64,000 nucleotides of DNA, taken from NCBI RefSeq assembly GCF_006345805.1, contig NC_043008.1, forward strand, positions 53,134,001 through 53,198,000, given 5' to 3'. This stretch comes from Octopus sinensis. Lineage: Eukaryota. Positions 24,101 to 37,239 of this stretch are shown here, piece after piece (positions within the stretch are counted from its first letter, which is position 1; each line of letters begins with the position of its first letter). The position numbers were made by a program, and so were the translations under genes. A model generated the notes under the pieces. The model was not told the DNA's origin. It saw only the letters and a program-made list of their open reading frames with translations, and searched no databases.

Positions 24101-26172
24101 GATTCATTGTAGTTACATCACTGTACTCTTGAACAGAGGGCTGATCTACCACAAGGTTAACTCCCCAGCTGTTGTTGAAACCCATTTACAGCTGAGTGGA
24201 CTGGAGCGACATGAAGTGAAGTGTTTTACTCAAGAACACAATGCAACACCTGGTCCAGGAACTGTAACCTTGATATTGCTACGATGAGGACAACACCCTA
24301 ACCACTAGGCCATGGGTCTTCATTTGCTTTAGTGTGGACCTCTGTAATTAGTATTATCAATAATAATTATTAGTTATTTTAATTAGCATTAAACATCATC
24401 AGAGTTACTCTTGCATTGGCTTGAGTGTTAAAGTGTTAAATTTTATAAATTAATTAAACATTTGAAAATCACAATAGAAACCAGTTATAATGGGTGTACA
24501 CATACATGCTCACACATACCCACACACATGCATACGTGTGTGCACACATATACATGTTCACACATTTCTGTGCATACACAAATACATACATATACATGCA
24601 GTAATGTACAAGGACAGATATATATGCTTACATACATCTCATTCCCCCGATATGCATACACATAGACACGCAAGCACATACACACATTTGTGTGCACCCA
24701 CACACACATACATGCATACACATGGACATATAAACACATGCATCACATCACACATACACACACAGGCACACACATACACACATATACGCACACATATTCA
24801 AACACATGCATGCACACACAGACACATTTGCAGACACATATATCACATCCACACACACACACAGACACATGCACACAAACATACTAACACACACACACAC
24901 AGACGTACCTACATGCATACATACACACATACATAATACATACATACATGCATACACACACACATACATGTATACATACATACACACACACATGCATACA
25001 TAGATACATGCATACATGCATGCATACATACATACATACATACATACATACATACATACATACATACATACATACATACATACATACATACATACAAACA
25101 TAAACACACACACATATGCATCATGCACATTTTATCTTTTTTATGAATTAAGAACAAACTGAAATTCAAAATTTAATTTAAACTATTTATTTATTTATAT
25201 ATATATACTTTTCTTTTTTTCTTTTGCTTAATTCCTGAAAACAGCCCAAAGACAATGCTCTTGAAAGAATAAAAAATCAAAAATAAAAAACAAACAATAA
25301 TAATAATTATAATAATGATAATAATAATAACAATGATGATGATGATGATGATGATGAGGAATAAAAATAATAATAAATAAACAAGAAAGGAAGCAAGAAA
25401 TAAGTTTAAAAAAAAACAATGCCGAAGAAAAAAGGGGGAAAAATTAAGGAACTGAGAAAAAATAATGGAAGACAATAATGGAATCATAGTTAGTGAAGAA
25501 ATCTAGCTAACTTAAAATCCAATATTTCCTGGAGTAATTGTAGCAACTAAATTTTTCCTTTAATGACAAAGAACAGGAAGAAAGTAAAAACTAAAAGAGA
25601 AAAAAAGCGTTTGGGAGAATATAGTAGGGAAGTATTCTGTATTTAATGAAGAACCAGCAAGGGTCTCTTGATCTGCTAGAAATAGCAGTGTGATATTGAA
25701 GATATATGTGACTGTAGAGAGCTCAGACATTAGCATGATGAGTTCATGAGCAGGTTGCTCTATTTTTGGATCAACTGGAACCCTCACTGTCATAATCAAT
25801 GGAATACCAGTTAAGTGTGTATGTGTAAGAGTATGCATGCATGTGTGTGTGTATGTAAGTGTAGACGTGTCCATATGTGTGAGTATACATGTGCATGTGT
25901 GTGCATGTATGTGCATGTCTGTGTTCAATGTGTGTGTATTTGAGAGAGTAGGCATATGTGTGTGTGTGTGTACGTGTGTGTGTGTGAATGAAAGAAAGAA
26001 TGAACATGTGGGCATGTAGTCATGTATATGAATGTATGTGTAAGAGTGGGTACGTGTGTATGCATATGTGTGTGGAAGAGAGAGAGAGAGAGAGAGCATG
26101 TATGTATGCATGTAAAAGTGTGCATCTATGTGCATGAGAGAGAAAGAAAGAAAGAAAGGGAGAGAGAGAGAG

Positions 26173-26220
<48 letters not shown>

Positions 26221-26765
26221 TGCATGTGTGCATCTATATGTGTTTACACATGTGTGTGGGATCAAATACACAAACCTGAGTACAAATGCATAAAACTCAT
26301 GTATTCAATATCCATGTACATACATATACATATACAGACACATACATGCATTATCACCTTACATCATACAACACAAAATGCTACATGTCAATACACCACC
26401 TTGAACACTACCCCCATCCCCCATCCCCACCTGCTGTACGCCACATGGATTCTTAACAATATCCTGTGACTATCCACTGGAGCAAATAAATGCAGCTAAG
26501 CCTCTCGTGTTACAACTAATGTATATATAATGTATTATCTCATCAAAACTAACAAATCGTAGAATACTAACATGGAAGAACATAGAATATGATACTCTCA
26601 GCAATGGCATCATATATATAAATATATATGTGTGTGTGTATGTGTGTATGTGTGTGTGTCTGTGCATCTGAGTGTTGTGTGTATTTATATCCACAAATGT
26701 ATATATGGCATGCTGGTGTATACATGCATGTGTGTATGTTTCTATGTATGGAGATAATATTATAC

Positions 26766-26837
<72 letters not shown>

Positions 26838-27038
26838 GTATAGACATATACAAATATAATATGTGTGTGTGGTGTGTGTTGTATGATAATCATCATTAAC
26901 ATAGATTGTATAATTTGTGAATAAATATATCTTGAAATATATTTATAAAGAAACACACACACACGCACACATATATGTGTGTGAATATATATACATATAT
27001 TATAGATACACACATATACATAGATATATATACGTGTG

Positions 27039-27105
<67 letters not shown>

Positions 27106-27614
27106 TATATATATATATTTCTTCATTTTAATATATGAATCATTCAAACAAAGCATGGCTTGCTTTTAAGTACTTAAAAGTGCTTGTGTGCATACATGTG
27201 TGTGTGCGTGCATGTGCATGCATGTGTGTGTGTGCAGCCATGTTTGTGTATGTCCGTGTGCACCAATGTGTGTGTGTGTATATATCTGCATGCGTGTGTG
27301 TATGTGCGTGTCCAATAAACAACATTCTCGCGATATCTATAATTCGTGACTTCTATATTATATATCCTATACATATATATGTATATACCTAATATATATA
27401 TTCCTCTTATTGATTAACAGTATTTCAGACTTATTAGAAAGCTTTCATCTTAAATCTCTTCTTTTCTTTGTTGTTGTTGTTGTTGCTGTTGCTGTTGTAT
27501 AAATGATATGAATCCTTCTAAGAAGATGTATGTTTAATCTCTTTTGGTCTGCTTTCTCATTACTCCTATAAACTTTTGCCTCACCTGTATATCTTCATCT
27601 TCTATAATGTGTTA

Positions 27615-27659
<45 letters not shown>

Positions 27660-27708
27660 GTGTATATGTGTATATGTATGTATATAGATGAATATGTATA
27701 TATGTATG

Positions 27709-27743
<35 letters not shown>

Positions 27744-27801
27744 CACATGAATTCATATATCGTATGTAGACACAAACATTCATACTACACACACACACAT
27801 A

Positions 27802-27834
<33 letters not shown>

Positions 27835-28018
27835 ATGTGTGTGTTGTGTGGTGTGTATGAATGTATGTATTTACATACGAATATATGAATTCATGTGTAT
27901 ACATATATATATATATATATATATATAGATATACATGTATCTCTATATATATGCATGTATATACACACATATACACACATATGTATCTACATATGCATGC
28001 ATGTGTGTATATGTATAT

Positions 28019-28049
<31 letters not shown>

Positions 28050-28202
28050 CAATTCATATATCTATATATATCTATTTATGTGTATGAATATATATATATG
28101 TGTGTGTGTGTAATTTTTGGAGGATATACTTCAATATTTATATACATATATATATATACACAAACGCACAACTATACACATATATGTATGTATATTTGTA
28201 TA

Positions 28203-29101
28203 CGTGGTCTGATCAATAAGTATGCAGCCTGTTACCATAGTTATGGAGCTGAAGCATGGAGACTGGAGTCACTTGGCACATATTGACCATGAACTCTGCT
28301 GGGCATGTACGCTAAGTTTTACCATTCTAGCTCATGTCCATTGTTTACAGCAGTGCTTGGAAGGAAGGTGAGATTTGAAGGAAGTGTGTCATTGTCACAT
28401 TGACCATGACAAATTTGAACAGAGAAACTACATCAAATTTTGCCAAAAGCTGGGTCTTACCTGCTCAGAGACCTATGCAAAGTTTTCAAAATATTTTCAT
28501 CGTTCTTGACTCAATCAAGATCTTGTACAACTGAAACCCAAGTGTCTTTTTGGTCAGCCGAAAGCAGTTTTTGCACAAACTTCGCAGATACTCATCTCAT
28601 ACCAAACTCTTCAGTGATAATGGACTGGACTGAACTGAACCGTAACTAATCTGCACATCCTATAATAATTCACGAATGGTGACTTGACGATTTCCCCTCA
28701 CAACTGTATGCACATCTGTGATGTTTTCCTTAGTTCTGCTGATTGCAGGCCTCCTAGAACGTTCGTCAATTATCGACATTTTCTCAGCCATCTTGGAAAC
28801 GTCTGAACCACTCGTACACTTGTTTGCAACTCATGCACCCCTCTCTATACACTTTCTGCAACTGTGCATAGGCCTCTGAACAGATGTTGTCAAGACAACT
28901 TTGTCATGGTCAATGCGACGATCACATGCTACACACCTTCCTTCCAAGCACTGCTGTAATCAGCAGTTGTGAGCTAGAAAATTGAAAGCTAGTGTACATG
29001 CACAGCAGATTTCAAGGACAATCTGTGCCAAGTGGCTTCACTCTGCATGCTTTAGCTTCGTTACTATGGCAACCATCCCGATACTTATTGATCAGACCTT
29101 G
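28203..29101. mobile_element. Mariner-derived element made of two inverted 5' ends, TA TSD
   Basis: TA|CGTGGTCTGATCAATAAGTAT...ATACTTATTGATCAGACCTTG|TA; plus arm encodes EQRNYIKFCQKLG, minus arm encodes VYEWFRRFQDG...RQVTIREL...VSAKFVQKLLSADQK. Confidence 0.9.
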
Positions 29102-29462
29102 TATACCTATGTAACTATGTATGTATATACACAGCCACACACACACACACACACACTCATACACGCATACATACCTATACAACGTCATTCATATTCTTAT
29201 AACATGTGTCATGACACAACCAGCTGTTGGTTCGGCAAAGTGATTATTCACTAAACACCTTAGAGACATTGTAAAAACATGAACATCTCTCTTTGTACAA
29301 TGCCTTGTCTTCAACACGCAGTTCTTTTGCTAACTGTTGACATATACGATTACCAGAACAATGTCCTATACACACACATGCACACACACACACATATATA
29401 TATTTATACATACATACATATATATGTATTTGTGTGTGTGTTTGTGTGTGGGTGGGTGGGAT

Positions 29463-29502
<40 letters not shown>

Positions 29503-29764
29503 TATATATGTGTCTACATATATATATATATGCATGTATGTATACCTACATATACATATATGCATAAATATGTGTGTGTATATGTATATGCATGTATGTA
29601 TATATATATGTGTGTGTGTGTGTATATATATAAATACATGTGTGTGTATACATATATATGCATGTATATATGTAAATACATTTTAACACACGGATATATG
29701 CATAGAGATATATATGCATATGTATACGTATACACACACACATATACATACATATATATATATA

Positions 29765-29983
29765 TATGATATATATGCCGGAGTAAACACGTAAATGTGA
29801 AACAAGGTGGAAAAAAGAGTACTCAAATACCAGTGGTAGAGTAATATGCTTTATTTAAAGCAGCAGAAAATTCAGCAAAAGCTGTTGCTCTGAGTTTCCC
29901 GTTGCCGTTTGTCCGACGAACGGCAACGGGAAACTCAGAGTAACAGGTTTGTTGAATTTTCTGCTGCTTTAAATAAAGTATAT
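29765..29983. mobile_element. TA-embedded PLE-like fragment ending in a 140-bp snap-back palindrome with an HHR-like skeleton
   Basis: About 70-bp arms 29844-29913 and 29915-29983; CCGACGA-ACG GCAA CGG-GAAAC-UCAGA-GUA-ACAG at 29913-29946. Confidence 0.7.
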
Positions 29984-29985
29984 GA

Positions 29986-30036
<51 letters not shown>

Positions 30037-30039
30037 CAT

Positions 30040-30074
<35 letters not shown>

Positions 30075-30214
30075 ATAGATATAGATATATACACATGCAC
30101 ATATTAAAATTTTAATATTTTGAATTTTCCAGTTGGATCCTTATACCTGTATTCTATTGTATTATTATTTTTTTTTTTCTTTCTTAATTCTATTTCCTCT
30201 GCTTTTCCCATCAG

Positions 30215-30217
30215 AAG
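30215..30217 (+). other. Candidate 3-nt microexon (AAG) or recursive splice site
   Basis: About 50-nt pyrimidine tract with TTAAT and TGC, then CAG|AAG|GTAATG. Confidence 0.35.
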
Positions 30218-30778
30218 GTAATGTCTTTAAACTAACAACAATTCATATACAGAGCTTATATTGTTGTTTTTTGCTTCCTCTGCTACCGGCTTTTCAATTT
30301 TTTTTTTTTTTTTTATGTGTATCAGTTTTGTATATGTTCGACTAAGAATTTATTTTACTCTCATGTTATTAAGAACTTTGTGTAGGTGCTCTCCTATCAT
30401 TGTCACTAACATAACACATACCGTAGCGTTTTTTTTTTGTTTCTTGTCGTCAATCATTAGAAACACACTCAACATCACAAGGTTTAGCTAATCTGCGGAT
30501 TTAGCTGTCCGAATTTTTAATCTGGGTCATGATACTTCCGATTTAAAAAAAAAAAACAAAGAAATGTTTAATAAAAAAAAATGATCATCTTCGTTTGTTT
30601 GTTGTTGTCATTGTTATTTTGTTATTTTTATAATTAGTTAATTAGTCTTGGAGAAATACATCCGTTTTTTCATTGTTTCTGTCATCATGTCGTTGTTGTT
30701 GTAGCCCTCACATTAGTAGCTATATTTCAAAAAATATTTGGCATGAATTGAATTTAATCAATGTTTTTGTTGTATTTT

Positions 30779-31150
30779 GGGAGGGTCATTATGCTAATAA
30801 TAAACACACACACTGGTTTTGTTCACTGGTTGGTTAACTATTTAACCAATTCATTAATCAATTGTTTGCTTAATCCTGAACTGACCTGCAGCAGAGAGGA
30901 TATGTCACTGAAGAGATGGTGATGAAAGAACTTTGAGAAATATAACTGAATGATTAATTAATCAAACAATTAATCAGTCAATTGATTAGCTAACATTTTA
31001 AATAGTTAACTGATGAATAATAAAGAAGTGAAATAAAACCAGTGTGTGTGTTTATTATTGGTGTGATGACCGTCCCAATGTGCAACAGAACCTCTTTCAA
31101 CATTTGACTTCGTATCAAGAACCTTGCAAACCAAATACAAAAATTAAATA
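30779..31150. mobile_element. Old inverted-arm element (about 50-bp IR 30779-30827 / 31026-31076) with decayed HHR and coding tail
   Basis: GGGAGGGTCATT...AATAATAAACACACACACTGGTTTT is mirrored on the right; GTCA-CTGAAGA...GAAA-TATAAC-TGA at 30904-30949; tail homologous to 55091-55170. Confidence 0.6.
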
Positions 31151-31677
31151 TTTAATTAAATGAAATAATGAAAAAATAATACAACAAATATAATTATAAG
31201 AAAAAAAACTGTCCTAACCAACATCCGAGTGAGACATTTACCATTTGCTCTGTTTCAAATTTTTGATGCATTTAAGGATTCTTAGAATTGAACAATTTTA
31301 AGGATTTTCATACTCATTAAATTTTTTCTTTTTTTATTCAAACGAAGATTCTCATTGCTAATTGAAACATTCAAATAACTACATAGAAAATCCATCTCAT
31401 TATTTATTCATGAAATATCTGTCTTAAACAAGGAAGTATCTTCAAGATTTAGGTTGTGCAAGCAGTTACATCCATATTATATTATTTCTCTGTATTTCAC
31501 AATTTATATACATTATTTATTGAGAGAATTTTCATAATCATTTTAACCCTGAATCATTGAGTTTATAGATTATTCAATTTTATAAATTATAGATCTACAA
31601 ATTTACATTTTTACATTAACATAGAATAATTGCCAATACCTTCTGCTGTTTCATTATCTACATAACATGTATGTGTG

Positions 31678-31720
<43 letters not shown>

Positions 31721-31809
31721 TATGTATGTATATATATATATATATATTATATATATAATATATATATATATATATACTAATAATATGTATATTATATATA
31801 TATGTATAT

Positions 31810-31842
<33 letters not shown>

Positions 31843-31859
31843 GTATTATATAATGTATA

Positions 31860-32045
31860 TATGATGTATATAAATAAATAAATGAGTTTAACGCAGGTCT
31901 AAATCAATACTTTTACGTTTGACACATGTTTCGAGGATTTCACTGATATTATTCAAAAGAATAAATGGTATAAAACAATGCAATCTTCTCTTCAGGGAAG
32001 TGAAAAAACGAAACTCATCAACAAGGGAAAAATACACTCATCTGT
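31860..32045 (-). mobile_element. Second member of the 21.9-kb HHR element family; core intact but stem I broken
   Basis: Minus: CUGAAGA-GAAGAUU...AAUCCUC-GAAAC-AUGU-GUC (31921-31995); flanks align by eye with 21850-21975; TA tracts on both sides. Confidence 0.6.
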
Positions 32046-32088
32046 TTATATATAATATATATATATATATTATATATATAATATATAT

Positions 32089-32206
32089 GGCCTGCTTGCT
32101 TAGCCAGCGGGGTGGCGTCATTCGAAGGCTAAAACAATGCGAACGCATTGTGACCAGCGATGTCTAACTACATCTGATGGACTGGTCGGTCACATGATCA
32201 TGTGAT
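32089..32206. mobile_element. Small TA-embedded multi-palindrome element, class unresolved
   Basis: ACAATGCG-AA-CGCATTGT, GATGT/ACATC and TGACC/GGTCA stems, and a perfect 16-bp palindrome TCACATGATCATGTGA at 32190-32205. Confidence 0.55.
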
Positions 32207-32591
32207 ATATATATATATATATACCTATATATATATATGTATGTCTATTGATATATATATATATATATGATGATGAGAAATACCAAAGAAATATATTACA
32301 AGATTATTTCAATATTTAATTCACAATTGATCCATCATTATGATCAATCAAAAATATTGATCATATTGAATAATGATGAAACAATTGTATATGAAGTATT
32401 AAAATAATTTGCTAAAGCCAGTCTATAATATTTGTCATTATAAACAATTTATGGATATTTGTGGACTTTCAGACAGTTCGAGTGATAGAATGGAAAAGAA
32501 TCCTATTTTACAATCTTCTGATAGCCAACACTATGGAAGTGCTTTATGTGAAAATCCCAACTAACTACACACACACATATGTATGCGTGTA

Positions 32592-32630
<39 letters not shown>

Positions 32631-32679
32631 GCATATGTATTTATATGTATGTATGTATATGTATAATAATCCTTCTAAA

Positions 32680-32880
32680 ATAGGTGCAAGGCCTGAAATT
32701 CTGGAGGAGGAGACTAGTTGATTATGTCGACCCCAGTGCAGAACTGGTACCTATTTCATTGACTCTGAAAGTATGAATGGCAAAGTCAACCTCGGTGGAA
32801 TTTGAACTCAGAACACAATGACAGATGAAATACTGCTAAGAATCTTTTCTGGTGTGCAAACAATTCTGCCAGCTCACCAG
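32680..32880 (-). mobile_element. SINE family C
   Basis: Reverse complement of the family C head and core. Confidence 0.75.
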
Positions 32881-33373
32881 TAATTGCAAAGAATACGGAG
32901 ATTAGCACATTGTCACATTTATATTCCAGAACACAATTGTACAGCATATTTGATTTAAATGTGTCTGAAGCACGTTTCTGTTGCCTAGCCATCTTGCAAT
33001 TGTGCAATTGTATTTACATCCACTTACTTTTGATTGGTTATTAAGATTATGCAGCTTTATTCAAGGTCGAACCATAACCTGCATTATAACTGAATGCTTG
33101 CATAGTGCCTGACTGGTTACTTTATCCCCGTCTATTCCTTATGTGTATAATGATATATATATATATATACATACACGTCTGTGTACATATATATATATAC
33201 ACACATATGTATGTATGTATGTATGTATGTACATGAATATACATATCTGTATATGTGCATACGAATGTGCCTCTGTGTGTATAGTATATATATGTACATA
33301 ATGGTGTGGTGTGTGTGTGTGTGTGTAAGTATAAGTATGTATATATTATACATTTTTACATATTATACATACA

Positions 33374-33455
<82 letters not shown>

Positions 33456-33527
33456 ATTAATATATGTATATATGTATATATATATATATATATATATAGT
33501 ATATATATATATAATAATATATATATA

Positions 33528-33577
<50 letters not shown>

Positions 33578-33596
33578 TATGCTTATACATATGCTT

Positions 33597-33965
33597 TCGA
33601 ACTTTGAGCTTCACAGACGCAATGACCATGACCAATACCTTTAGCATCATACGGTGCTTGAGAAGTGAACGCGTTATGCCAAGCAAAATTGCAGTCATGG
33701 CAGATATTAGCGTCATTGAAAGTGGCACTCATGCCAGAGGCATGTAAATATACCTTGCTGCCACACAAATGGCACTCATGCCAGTGGCACGTAAAAGCAC
33801 CCATTACACTCTCAGAGTGGTTGGTGTTTGGAAGGGCATCCAGCCATAGAAAACCATGGCAAATCAAACTGGAGTCTGGTGCAGCCTTCCAATGTGCCAG
33901 CCCAGTCAAACCATCCATCTCATACCAGCATGGATAATGGATATTAAATGATGATGATGATGATG
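33597..33965 (+). mobile_element. RTE LINE 3' fragment (family B) with internal deletion
   Basis: [10 protein letters not shown]...GTGCTTGAGAAG C-terminal relic, GAGTGGTTGGTGTTTGGAAGGGCATCCAG, (GAT)n tail. Confidence 0.75.
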
Positions 33966-34496
33966 ATATAATATAAAGTGTTATACGTATGTGTATTTAT
34001 AGAGAGAGAGAATGAGGGAGGCAGACAGACAGACAGATAGATAAGTCTACAGAATTAAGAAAATAATTCTGACTTAATAATAATGTCAGCAATTATTTTC
34101 TTACCTATTCCGTCATTCTCTTTAATCTAGAATCCTGAATACATCCAGGTCTCAACAGAGTAATTAACAAACTCCAGATTCTTAATACACATGGCATCAT
34201 TAGTTAGGATTAGTGTGAAATGAAAGGATGTTTTATATAATCCAGGTTAAAGCAGATTATACTGACCTTACAGTTTAAACTATGAGGAATGCAGATTCAG
34301 GCTTCGTTTCTTAACATTTTAACTTTGAATTCAGTAAAGTTTAGAGATATAACAAATCTGTATACATGTATATATATGTATATATATATATATAGATATA
34401 TATATATATATATATATATATACTGACGGTATTATTAACTTAATATCTAATTTTTCCCCTCATCCCCTTTATGAATTTATATATATATATATATAT

Positions 34497-35163
34497 CATC
34501 ATCGTTTAACATCTGCTTTCCATGCTACCATGAGTTAGACGATTTGACTGAGGTCTGGCAAACCAGATGGCTGCACCAGGCTCTAATCTTGATCTGGCAG
34601 AGTTTCTACAGCTGGATGCTCTTCCTAACGCCAACCACTCTGAGAGTGTAGTGGATGCTTTCACGTGCCACCAGCACAAGGGCCAGTTAGGCGGTACTGG
34701 CAACTGCCATGCTCAAATTGTGTTTTTTTATGTGCCACCTGCACAGGAGCTAGTCCAGCAGCACTGGCAACAACCTCGCTCAAATGTGTTTTCCCGTCCC
34801 ACCAGCACAAGTGCCAGTAAGGCAACGCTAGTAACAATCATGCTCGAATGGTGCTTTTTATGTGCCACCGGCAAGGAAGCCAGTTAGTTGCTCTGACAGC
34901 AATCACGCTCAGATGGTGCTCTTAGCACTACATTAGCATGGATGCCAGTCATCGAATTTGATTACAATTTCGATATCACTTGCCTCAACAGGTCTTCACA
35001 AGCAGAGTTTAGTGTCCAATGAAGGAACGGTACTCATAAGTGGGCTGGTTACACCCCTGGAATAGGCCACAAGGTTATGGTCTCACTTGGCTTGCCGGGT
35101 CTTCTCAAGCACAGCATGTTTCCAAAAGTCTCAGTCACTAGTCATTTTCCGCGGTGAGGCCCA
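34497..35163 (-). mobile_element. 5'-truncated RTE LINE: last codons plus full 3' UTR (defines family B)
   Basis: Minus reads LGLTA(fs)MTSD*DFWKHAVLEKTRQAK* then about 600 bp UTR and an ATG-type tail. Confidence 0.85.
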
Positions 35164-35191
35164 ATATATATACATATAATATACTATATAT

Positions 35192-35223
<32 letters not shown>

Positions 35224-35311
35224 ATATTATATATATATACATATATAGATAGAGAATATATAGATATATATTAGATATATATATAGATATATATATATAT
35301 ATATATATATT

Positions 35312-35634
35312 GGCCTGTGATATGCAGGAGACTGACTGGGAGAGCAATACCTGTAATCGTCACAGATGGAGGAAGCAGGTTAAGGAGGGGGGCGATGCCT
35401 TTGAGAGAGCACGTATTCTGCATGAAGAACTTAAGCATGCTGCTTGAATGTGCACTGCTGGTGTAGTGAATGGGGAAAGCTTGGTCTGCAATGTTTGCAG
35501 TCGTGTATGCTTGTCAAGAGCAGGGGTCATTAGCCACCAACAGAGCTGCAAATGCAAAATAAGTTAGTCCTAGAGCACACGATGTTCCTGACGGTCACCA
35601 GTGGTCTTCCTTGGTCACGAGTGGATGGCCATCA
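35312..35634 (+). mobile_element. RTE (BovB-like) LINE C-terminal fragment with zinc-knuckle
   Basis: DWESNTCNRHRWRKQVKEGGDAFERAR...LVCNVCSRVCLSRAGVISHQQSC, one internal stop; ends GGATGGCCATCAT. Confidence 0.85.
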
Positions 35635-35635
35635 T

Positions 35636-35672
<37 letters not shown>

Positions 35673-35697
35673 AACATACATATATATAGATAGATAA

Positions 35698-35728
<31 letters not shown>

Positions 35729-35785
35729 TATAGGTAGGTAGGTAGGTAGGTAGGTAGGTAGGTAGGTAGATAGATAGGTAGATAC

Positions 35786-35863
<78 letters not shown>

Positions 35864-35989
35864 TGACAGATATAGATGTTTATGCATACATATATTTATA
35901 TCCCATATTTAATATATGTGTATATTGAGACAGAAAGATTGACAGATAAATATATAGATATAGATAATATATATATATACGTATTAAGA

Positions 35990-36200
35990 TAGCAATTTGG
36001 CAGAGTTGTTAGCATGCCAGGCGAAATGCTTAGTGCCATTTCCTTTATCCTTATATTCTGAGTTCAAATTCCACCAAGGTCGACTTTGCCTTTCATCCTT
36101 TCAAGGTTGATAAATTAGGTACCAGTTGAACACTGGGGTCGATGTAATTGACTTAGCCCCTTCCTTGAAATTGCTAGCAATGTGCTTTACTTTGAAATCA
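35990..36200 (+). mobile_element. SINE family C
   Basis: GAGTTCAAATTCCACCAAGGTCGACTTTGCCTTTCATCCTTTCAAGGTTGATAAATTAGGTACCAG. Confidence 0.8.
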
Positions 36201-36350
36201 ATATATATGTATATATTATATAATATATATTATATATATATATATATATATAATGTATGTATACCATCTACATATCTAAAAATATTTTATACATATATAT
36301 ATTTATATATATATATATTTATATATATATTATATTTATATATATATATA

Positions 36351-36592
36351 ACAATGGCAGCGTGGAAGGCGTTTGTAAGCCATTTAAGAGATGCAGCATG
36401 GACTTTTGTCAGTGAACAGGTCGCGGTCTTAAAGCGACGAAAATATTTTGACAAATTAAACTTAAATGTTGAAGTGAATCAAACGGCTTTTGTGTTTTTC
36501 TTAAATGGCTTACAAACACCTTCCACGCTGCAATTGTTTTCGTTTCAGCACACAATCTCAGATCAGGACACTTGCTATGCAAGTACATCTCC
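36351..36592. mobile_element. TA-embedded element: 39-bp inverted repeats enclosing an HHR, plus tail
   Basis: ACAATGGCAGCGTGGAAGGCGTTTGTAAGCCATTTAAGA (36351-36389) and its reverse complement with 2 mismatches (36499-36537). Confidence 0.8.
36405..36455 (+). ncRNA. Variant minimal type I hammerhead ribozyme candidate (G3-C8)
   Basis: UUUGUCA-GUGAACA-G-GUCGC-GGUCUUAAA-GCGAC-GAAA-AUAUUU-UGACAAA: perfect 7-bp stem I, perfect 5-bp stem II, palindromic AAUAUU stem III. Confidence 0.55.
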
Positions 36593-36598
36593 TATATA

Positions 36599-36655
<57 letters not shown>

Positions 36656-37239
36656 CATAAATAATATATGTATAATATGGAAAGCATCTAAATATGCATG
36701 TATGTAAATATATGTATATAAGAGCACCTAAGCTAGATGTACCACTTTGTAGATGTCTATCGCCAGTGTTCACTTTTTTCATTCTGTCTTTGATAAACCA
36801 TTCGCATGATAATCAGATGATAATGGCATTTGATGAATCTACAAATTCTTTGTCTTATTCAAAGTGTCTAGTTCTGCATGACTCTTTAACATTATTCCAA
36901 CTTGCTCCCTTTTAATTTATGTTAATTTATTATTTATGTTAATATATATATATGTTGATTTTAATAATTATGTTAATGTTAAATCTATTTGGTTTCTGTT
37001 GAACTACAGTGGGATTCTGTTGTGCTTTAACAATGACTTAATTGTCCGTCTCTTCTTTATTTTTCCAACATAGTTTCTACATACACACACACATACATAC
37101 ATGCACACATTTATATTCACGCACACACACACATATATATATATTTATATATGCACTTGTATACATAACATAACTAAATACCTACATAGTTACATTCAGA
37201 CAGACATAAAAATATATCCTCCTCCTCCTCATCATCATC

